NCBI GenBank assembly: GCA_964343715.1
Contig: CAYFJZ010000006.1
Span: forward strand, 96,425-160,424
Source of the DNA: an uncultured Candidatus Peribacteria bacterium
Lineage (GTDB): Bacteria; Patescibacteriota; Gracilibacteria; UBA4473
Length of the DNA stretch: 64,000 nt
Direction of reading: 5' to 3'
Each line of letters starts with the position of its first letter. The first letter of the stretch is position 1. This document shows, in pieces, positions 17,749 to 23,960 of this stretch. The notes beneath the pieces are model-generated. The model saw nothing but the letters and a program-made list of their open reading frames with translations, did not search any database and was not told where the DNA came from. Both the position numbers and the translations under genes were made by a program.

Positions 17749-17771
17749 GGAGCAGGGTACAACCCTGCTCC
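17749..17771. repeat. REP-like hairpin in inverted orientation, GGAGCAGGGTACAACCCTGCTCC
   Basis: Its loop GTACAA is the reverse complement of the TTGTAC loop of the copy at 5235. It differs by one base from the reverse complement of the TTGTGC loop at 17059. Confidence 0.85.
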
Positions 17772-17779
17772 GGCAAAGG

Positions 17780-17824
17780 GTATAAAGGTTATACGTTTCA
17801 GGACGGTCTTCACTCAGAATGACA
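17780..17824 (+). repeat. 45-bp direct repeat B flanking the RAYT cassette
   Basis: Same 45-mer (44/45 identical). It ends 1 nt before the stop codon (17825-17827) of the convergent gene. Confidence 0.9.
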
Positions 17825-18901
17825 CTAGCGTCGTCCCGGCCCAATGGCCTGCCATTCCAGGGGAGAAAGGATAATCTCAAGTGAGCTATCGGGGAAATCC
17901 ACCACCTGGATGTTCTGAATAACCGCCTCCTTATTGGCGACCAAGTCCTGGTACAACCGTCGGAGTCGAGAATCATAATGCTGGATATTCTGAAGAATGA
18001 TATTTCGTCCACTCGCGAGGGCTGAGTATTTCACCACATTCTGTTCGGCCTTCACTTTCTGATCCAAAAAGGTCTCGGCTTCAAAACCCTGAAAGGCATG
18101 AAGAGCATTAAAAAAAGCTTCTCCATTGGTGACTGAGTCACTGCTCGATTCCCGAGAAAGCTCGGTCAGACGGTTAAATTCTTCAAAAAGTTGTTGCTGA
18201 AGTGTTTCTGATTGTCTTAAAAGCCCTCGAATGTCGGACAAAATAGCCTCGACTCTTTGAGCTCGTAGGGTGGGGACATTGCTGGGAATCAGCCGTGCAG
18301 AAGGCAGAGACAAAAAAGAACCGGCATTATGAAGCCACGCCACCGATGATTTTACCAAACTCAATTCCTGAGGCGGCGGGGCCAAAGGCAGGGAGCTTGC
18401 GGGACGTTTTTGGGGGGGCGTTGAGTTTTGAGGCGGTTTTGTGGCGGGAACGGGCTCTGAAGCAGGGGGTTCCTCCACAGCAGAAGAAGGGGCTTTTGAA
18501 AACCAAGACTCCCAAAACCAGGGGGTCGGAGCCTCTGCTACCGGTTCGGTTTCAGACGTTGTCTCTGTCGGAGTTGGAATCGCTGGGGTCGGAGAATCCC
18601 CAAACCAGATCACCCAGACAAAAAAACCAATTCCTCCTACCACCACAAGGGTTTTAATTATCCCCCAAACCGCTCGCTGAATCACCCAGAAGAAATCATT
18701 ATCTTCTTCGATCAAAAGATCGTCATCTTCTTCGATAATATCTCCCGTTTGTTGAGCGACATCACTTTCCACCGCCGCTACGGGGGCATCTTGAAGCTCT
18801 TTAGACTTCGGTTTGACCTCCGTTTTAGGCGTCAAAGCCGCCTTTTCGTCAGATTTTTCTGAATCCTGGGGCGAATTGGGAGCCGGATTAGGGGTAGGCA
18901 T
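17825..18901 (-). CDS. Hypothetical single-pass membrane protein (acidic N-terminus, Pro/Thr-rich linker, coiled-coil C-terminus)
   Basis: 358-aa ORF with TM helix TLVVVGGIGFFVWVIWF. TGgTATAAT lies 6 nt upstream of the ATG. Confidence 0.65.
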   Translation of the reverse strand: MPTPNPAPNSPQDSEKSDEKAALTPKTEVKPKSKELQDAPVAAVESDVAQQTGDIIEEDDDLLIEEDNDFFWVIQRAVWGIIKTLVVVGGIGFFVWVIWFGDSPTPAIPTPTETTSETEPVAEAPTPWFWESWFSKAPSSAVEEPPASEPVPATKPPQNSTPPQKRPASSLPLAPPPQELSLVKSSVAWLHNAGSFLSLPSARLIPSNVPTLRAQRVEAILSDIRGLLRQSETLQQQLFEEFNRLTELSRESSSDSVTNGEAFFNALHAFQGFEAETFLDQKVKAEQNVVKYSALASGRNIILQNIQHYDSRLRRLYQDLVANKEAVIQNIQVVDFPDSSLEIILSPLEWQAIGPGRR

Positions 18902-18907
18902 CTATTA

Positions 18908-18916
18908 ATTATACCA
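18908..18916 (-). promoter_or_regulatory. Extended -10 (TGgTATAAT) positioned for a leaderless mRNA
   Basis: The minus strand reads TGGTATAAT-TAATAG-ATG. Only 6 nt separate the -10 from the start codon of the 17825-18901 gene. Confidence 0.5.
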
Positions 18917-18971
18917 TAAAAAAAGCGACGAAGCCAGCATTTAAAGCCCAAAACGAGTCATTGCCAGAAAA

Positions 18972-20198
18972 CTAAAGTGCTTCCGAAATCCTCAACAACT
19001 GATTGTACTTACACACTCGTTCACTCCGACACAACGAACCGGTTTTGATCTGTCCCGCATCTGTTCCCACCGCCAAATCAGCGATAAATGAGTCTTCGGT
19101 TTCACCCGAACGATGAGAAATAACCGTCCCAAAGTTGTTTTCTTTCGCCAGTCGGATGGTGTCAAAAGTCTCACTCAGCGACCCAATCTGATTGACTTTG
19201 ATCAGAATCGCATTGGCCTGTCCCTCATCGATTCCGGTCTGAAGTCGCTTGGGGTTGGTCACAAATAGGTCATCTCCCACCAACTGTACATCGTTTCCAA
19301 AACGTGCCTGCATGGCCTTGAAACCCTCAAAATCATCCTCGGAATGAGAATCCTCCACCGAAATAATCGGGTATTTATCCATCAGGTCGCCGTAAAAATC
19401 GACCAATTCATCCGAACTCAGCGCATTTCCATCAACCAGGTATTTGCCGTCTTCATAAAACTCCGAAGCCGCGGCATCCACCGCGAGTTTTATCTGGTCC
19501 GAATTATAGCCAGCGGCACTAATAGCTTCCATAATCACCTCAAACGCATCCGAAATTTTGGGGAGGTGAGGCGCAAAACCACCCTCATCTCCCACACCGA
19601 CGGCCTCCCCTCGATCCTTTAAGATCTTTTTGAGGTGATGAAATATCTCTGCCCCCGCCCGGAGATTATCCGAAAAATCATCAAACTGCGGCAGCACCAT
19701 AAACTCTTGAATCGCCAGCCCCGCATCGGAATGAGAGCCGCCATTAACAATATTCATCATCGGACGAGGCAGGCTCATGCCGCCGCCAAAAAGGTCATTA
19801 ATATGCCGAAAAAGAGGCACTCCCTTGTTCCGAGCCGCTAGTCGAGCCCCGGCCAGAGAAATCCCCAAAATCGCATTGGCTCCCAAATTCGTTTTATTTT
19901 CCGTTCCATCAATTTCGAGCATACGATGGTCCAAAGCCGACTGATCCTCTGGATCCATACCAATTATTTCCCCCGCCAGCTTTTCATTTACATTTGCCAC
20001 CGCTTTGGTAACCCCTTTTCCCAAATATCGACCGGCATCTTTATCCCGCAATTCGAGCGCTTCATGTGTTCCCGTACTCGCCCCCGAAGGCACACAGGCT
20101 CGCACGGTATGCGTTCCATCACTCATTTCCACCTCTACCGTTGGGTTTCCCCGAGAATCAAGGATTTCGCGCGCGTGGAGAGAAGAAATAGAGGTCAT
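18972..20198 (-). CDS. eno: Enolase
   Basis: Full-length match to the enolase pattern (REILDSRGNPTVEVE, SGASTG.HEA.ELRD, IKVNQIGSLSET, SHRSGETED). Confidence 0.95.
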   Translation of the reverse strand: MTSISSLHAREILDSRGNPTVEVEMSDGTHTVRACVPSGASTGTHEALELRDKDAGRYLGKGVTKAVANVNEKLAGEIIGMDPEDQSALDHRMLEIDGTENKTNLGANAILGISLAGARLAARNKGVPLFRHINDLFGGGMSLPRPMMNIVNGGSHSDAGLAIQEFMVLPQFDDFSDNLRAGAEIFHHLKKILKDRGEAVGVGDEGGFAPHLPKISDAFEVIMEAISAAGYNSDQIKLAVDAAASEFYEDGKYLVDGNALSSDELVDFYGDLMDKYPIISVEDSHSEDDFEGFKAMQARFGNDVQLVGDDLFVTNPKRLQTGIDEGQANAILIKVNQIGSLSETFDTIRLAKENNFGTVISHRSGETEDSFIADLAVGTDAGQIKTGSLCRSERVCKYNQLLRISEAL

Positions 20199-20735
20199 GG
20201 GAAAGATTTTTTAAGAATTATCGATCAAATCCTACAAAAACCAAGGGGGCGCGTAAACCAAAGTGGCTGAATAATCTTCCGACAAAAGAATACAAAAAAC
20301 TTGCTAAGAAATAGAAATATACTAAAATACCAAACAAGATCCTTAGTTATGAGGGTCGCAATCTTCCAGACAGAGTGGGGAAAATTATGAGTGACAGTAG
20401 TGGAGTACGGTGCCACCAAGGGCTTGGTAAGTGGGGGACTCGAATCAAGTGGGGATTGATTGGAGTGGTGATATGTATAGTTAGCTTCGTTATCGCCGTT
20501 GACATCCTCCATATTGGCAGCTGATCTCTTCACCTCTCCTGGAGAGTCTCAAGCGGTCGATCTGGGGATCGGCCGCTTTAACTTAATGATACTCCATAGT
20601 TTGACTCAAAACCCTCATCAGCGCCAAAGCCTTCCGAAAAATTGAGCTTCTTTAGTGATCGATTTTGATTCATATCAGGTTCCCGATTCGCAGGGGGATT
20701 ACTTACTTTCAGAGTTTGTTAAAGAGAGAGGCCAA

Positions 20736-20781
20736 ATACTCTCTACTTTCTACTCTCGACTCTATACTCTATACTCTCCCC
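20736..20781 (+). repeat. CTAC/TACT-word motif
   Basis: ATACTCTCTACTTTCTACTCTCGACTCTATACTCTATACTCTCCCC abuts the ATG at 20782. Confidence 0.65.
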
Positions 20782-21285
20782 ATGAAAACCACCCTCCTCA
20801 TGGCCCTTTCCCTCGACGGAAAGATCGGAAAAGATTCCGAACACTTTCCCGACTGGACCGAAAAAGCCGACAAAGCACTTTTTGTGAAAGAAACCAAAGC
20901 CGCAGGAGTCATTATAATGGGGGCCAATACCTATAAGACGATCGGGAAACCCCTTCCAGGACGAAAAAATATCGTTCTTACTCGCAACCAAACCCTCACC
21001 TCCGACGATCCTGACTTGGTCTACACCTCCGATTCCCCTCAAGCAATTCTTCAGAACCTAGAAAGCGAAGGGTACTCCCAAGTCATCTTGGCCGGAGGCG
21101 CCCAAATAAACACCCTCTTTGCTCAAGCCGGTCTCATCGACGAAGTCTTACTCACGTTTTCGCCTGTTTTAATCGGGGAAGGGATCGGCCTTTTCAGCGA
21201 AGACGTTGACCTCAGCCTCGAACTCCAACACCTCGAAAGACTGGGGGAAAACTCCATCCAGGCCCGTTATAAGGTAGTGAAATAA
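20782..21285 (+). CDS. RibD_C / dihydrofolate-reductase-like reductase
   Basis: ALSLDGKIG, VIIMGANTYKTIGKPLPGRKNIVLT and ILAGGAQINTLFAQAGLIDEVLLTFSPVLIGEG fit the RibD C-terminal/DHFR-like fold. ATG at 20782. Confidence 0.8.
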   Translation: MKTTLLMALSLDGKIGKDSEHFPDWTEKADKALFVKETKAAGVIIMGANTYKTIGKPLPGRKNIVLTRNQTLTSDDPDLVYTSDSPQAILQNLESEGYSQVILAGGAQINTLFAQAGLIDEVLLTFSPVLIGEGIGLFSEDVDLSLELQHLERLGENSIQARYKVVK

Positions 21286-21312
21286 AGAACAGGAGCCACA
21301 AATGAATTGGAT

Positions 21313-21332
21313 GGACGCAAAATTTTGCGTCC
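21313..21332. repeat. Perfect 20-bp palindrome GGACGCAAAATTTTGCGTCC
   Basis: Followed by CTACAA. Lies 28 nt after the reductase stop and 41 nt before the next ATG. Confidence 0.85.
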
Positions 21333-21337
21333 CTACA

Positions 21338-21369
21338 ATGTTAATTGCTAATTGTTTATTGTTCATTGC
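21338..21369 (+). repeat. TAATTGTTAATTG-type A/T word motif
   Basis: ATGTTAATTGCTAATTGTTTATTGTTCATTGC lies just upstream of the ATG at 21373. Confidence 0.7.
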
Positions 21370-21372
21370 TCC

Positions 21373-21801
21373 ATGCAATACTTATTCGCCCCCTCCCTCT
21401 GGCTCTACACTCCCCTCACGGTTTTTGCTCTGGGAAATTTCGTAGCCTTAGCGCTCAACTCAGTAGCTCCCTACGAAGGGTTTGATCCGCTTCACTGGGT
21501 GTATTACTTCATGACGGTTTTGACCCAGTGTTTTTTCGTCTTTTACTATCTCCGTGTAGCCCAAGACGTCCCGGCCAAATTTATGACCACTCTCTATTTC
21601 ATCCACACCTTGTTTTTGCTCTCTTTTTTCGTCTATATCTTTCTCTTTATCCTTCATTTGGTTTTCTTCATCCTCGAGCCCCTTCTGGTTCACACCCTCT
21701 GGGAATACATCCAAAGAGTCTATGAGATACTTATGATTGTGTTTTGTGGGTTTGTACTGAAAGCAACATTCAACGGGTTTGGAACGGCCGCTGTCAAATG
21801 A
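21373..21801 (+). CDS. Hypothetical polytopic membrane protein
   Basis: Four hydrophobic helices. The ATG at 21373 directly follows a TAATTG-type motif. Confidence 0.5.
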   Translation: MQYLFAPSLWLYTPLTVFALGNFVALALNSVAPYEGFDPLHWVYYFMTVLTQCFFVFYYLRVAQDVPAKFMTTLYFIHTLFLLSFFVYIFLFILHLVFFILEPLLVHTLWEYIQRVYEILMIVFCGFVLKATFNGFGTAAVK

Positions 21802-21877
21802 GCGCCTGAAATATAGTTAAAGAGATTGGTTCGTTATTGCAGAAGAAGTAAGTATTAGGAAATAAGAATTAGGGGAA

Positions 21878-22017
21878 GTCATCCCGAATGATCTACTTTC
21901 AGAAGACAATATTATTGAGATGAGGGAGCTCTGAAGTTATCATTCTTAAAGAAAATGCCTTAAGAGATTTCTCGTTTCATGTTCGTCGCTTCGAAAAATT
22001 CTGTCACTCGAAATGAC
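21878..22017. repeat. REPIN/MITE-like inverted-repeat element, copy 3 (140 bp)
   Basis: Termini GTCATCCCGAATGA ... GTCACTCGAAATGAC. Inner boxes GAGATGAGGGAGCTC and AAGAGATTTCTCG. Confidence 0.8.
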
Positions 22018-22111
22018 AAGTTTTCCCCCCTACTTTCTACCTGATACCTGAGTACCACCTTCAAAAACACCACAAATACCAGGGCCACTAATTCATAATT
22101 TCTCTCTGCTC

Positions 22112-22552
22112 ATGATCCGCACTCTCGACTTCCTCGTCTCCCTCTTCATCTTCATCATTATCCTCTTTCTCATTACCCACATGGGGCTCAAGATGTGGGA
22201 TTTGGGCGGCGGTCTATGGGAAAACATTCAGTGTCAAACCTGTTCCGATACTCAAATTCTGCATGGAATTGCGCATGCCATTGTTTTGGTAAAGGCCTAC
22301 AAAATCCTCATGTCCTACCTCAAAACCCACCACGTAAACATAAAGTACCTGGTTGAGATAGCGATCATAGCTGCAGCAGTAGAGATTATCTTCAACTCCA
22401 CTAGCCACACACTCCAAATGAACCTCGTCTTTGGCGCCTTCGGCGTATTGAATCTCGGTTTGTACCTGTTTTTTTACGAGAAATTCAAAGAAATGGGCCA
22501 AGAAAAAGAGGCGAGTTTTTCGATCTGTAAGATGTGGGGGGGAAGTAACTAA
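22112..22552 (+). CDS. PsiE-like (phosphate-starvation-inducible E family) membrane protein
   Basis: 146 aa with 4 TM helices. The segment AIVLVKAYKILMSYL...IKYLVEIAIIAAAVEIIF parallels E. coli PsiE (FEFIALIVKYF...LRYFVYIGITAIVRLII). Confidence 0.5.
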   Translation: MIRTLDFLVSLFIFIIILFLITHMGLKMWDLGGGLWENIQCQTCSDTQILHGIAHAIVLVKAYKILMSYLKTHHVNIKYLVEIAIIAAAVEIIFNSTSHTLQMNLVFGAFGVLNLGLYLFFYEKFKEMGQEKEASFSICKMWGGSN

Positions 22553-22566
22553 ACAGTAAATCAAAA

Positions 22567-22662
22567 GGAAGAACGTATGAGGAATAAGGAATAAGGGGAA
22601 GGCAAATAGCTTTATTTATACCTCTTGGATCGCCTAATACCTACTTCCTACTTCTTTATTCC
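22567..22662 (+). repeat. ~100-bp inverted-repeat element (copy 2)
   Basis: GAACGTATGAGGAATAAGGAATAAGGGGAAGGCAAATAGCTTTATTTATACCTCTTGGATCGCCTAATACC...CTTCTTTATTCC. Confidence 0.75.
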
Positions 22663-22734
22663 AGAGCAAAATCGCTAAATTACCCCAAAAAATATGATGG
22701 CCCATTACACAAGTTCACATCGCCCCCCCTCCCC

Positions 22735-23379
22735 ATGATCCTCACCCGTCACGAAATCGCCCAACTCATCCAGGCCAACCAACTCATTTTTGAGCCTGCG
22801 ATCGATCAGTACCAAAACCAGCCTCATGCAGTAGATCTTCGTCTGGGAACGGTGTTTTACCTGCCCAAGACCTGGCGCCTCACCGAAAAAGGGAGAGAGA
22901 TTCTTACCGTCGACGTAACCCAATCGGCCGGAGACAACTACAAAAAAATCGAACTTCAGCCCGGGCAGTTTTTTGAACTAGCCCCTGGGGAATCCATCAT
23001 CGCTTCAACCCTCGAAAAAGTATCTCTCAAAAGCCCTGATATTATGGGGGTCCTCTATCCGCGAAGCTCCATCAACCGAAGAGGGCTCTCGGTTGATCTC
23101 ACCGGCATCGTGGATGCTCATTATTCCGGACATTTGATGATCCCCATTTGGAATAAAACCACTTCGCAGGTGATCCGCATTTACCCGCTGGAACGAATCT
23201 GTCAGATCGTTTTTAAGCGTCTCACTCAACCCCTCACCAAAGAAGACGCCCTCATGCACGGGGCGATAAAATCAAAATACGACGGAGCAGCAGCCCAAGA
23301 ACTATCCAGCAAAAAAGACGCCGAAGAAGAGATAAGGATGATCCGAGAAGGCCGTTTGGACGATCTCAAAAGCCCATAA
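22735..23379 (+). CDS. dcd: dCTP deaminase (dUTPase superfamily)
   Basis: AVDLRLG, VLYPRSSINRRGL and GIVDAHYSGHLMIPIWN match Dcd motifs. Confidence 0.9.
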   Translation: MILTRHEIAQLIQANQLIFEPAIDQYQNQPHAVDLRLGTVFYLPKTWRLTEKGREILTVDVTQSAGDNYKKIELQPGQFFELAPGESIIASTLEKVSLKSPDIMGVLYPRSSINRRGLSVDLTGIVDAHYSGHLMIPIWNKTTSQVIRIYPLERICQIVFKRLTQPLTKEDALMHGAIKSKYDGAAAQELSSKKDAEEEIRMIREGRLDDLKSP

Positions 23380-23434
23380 GAGGGTCAAAATAAGCCTATA
23401 GAGCGCTGTTTAATCTAATCGCGAAGTCGGATAA

Positions 23435-23461
23435 AGACGCACAATTTTGTGTCTTTTTTTC
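23435..23461 (+). terminator. Intrinsic terminator after dcd (core resembles the GGACGCAAAATTTTGCGTCC palindrome)
   Basis: AGACGCACAATTTTGTGTCT plus T7. Confidence 0.7.
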
Positions 23462-23556
23462 TCTCTGCTGGATCGAACAAAGGAGACGTAAATCTTCGCG
23501 AGTCTTTGTCATCCGCTCAAAATATGTCAAAATACAGACGACATTAAATCTCAATC

Positions 23557-23949
23557 ATGTACTTCGACCTTGCCCGTCTGGCCACGACCCAGTATTACCT
23601 CGACCCAAACCCTGGAGGAGATTTTATTTTGGGATACTTTTTGTTGATATTCTTCATCGCCCTGTGCTTTGTGGGGAGCCTCACTCAGCCCTTCATCGCC
23701 AAAAACAAGTACCTTCGAAAATCGTTTAAAAACCAGCTCTGGAAGTTTTATATCTTGGGTTCTTTGGGGGTTATTCTGGTCCTCTCAAGGTTTGCGGCCG
23801 TGCCCGGGTTCTCAATGCGATTGTGGTTGTATATCGTACTCGCCCTAACGTTGATTGCTGGAGCAACAACCTTTTGTAATGTTCGCGCCCGATACCAAAA
23901 AAGAATGAAGTCGGTAGAACGGGAGAAAAAGAAAAAGCGAATGAAATAA
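23557..23949 (+). CDS. Hypothetical membrane protein
   Basis: 130 aa with three TM helices and a basic C-terminus. Confidence 0.5.
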   Translation: MYFDLARLATTQYYLDPNPGGDFILGYFLLIFFIALCFVGSLTQPFIAKNKYLRKSFKNQLWKFYILGSLGVILVLSRFAAVPGFSMRLWLYIVLALTLIAGATTFCNVRARYQKRMKSVEREKKKKRMK

Positions 23950-23960
23950 CGAGGGAAACC

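Larger units (their letters stand above)
17012..17824 (+). mobile_element. RAYT cassette: RAYT gene plus REP hairpins, bounded by 45-bp direct repeats
   Basis: The segment between direct repeats 16967-17011 and 17780-17824 holds the RAYT CDS. It also holds REP hairpins at 17059-17081 and 17654-17680 (same orientation) and 17749-17771 (inverted). Confidence 0.6.

Noticed and set aside
20225-20533. The 102-aa minus-strand ORF upstream of eno as a real gene
   Set aside because: It has no recognisable motif and no SD or promoter that I could find. It competes with a plus-strand 45-codon ORF that has a clean TM helix and a downstream hairpin. It is kept only as an ambiguity in the findings.
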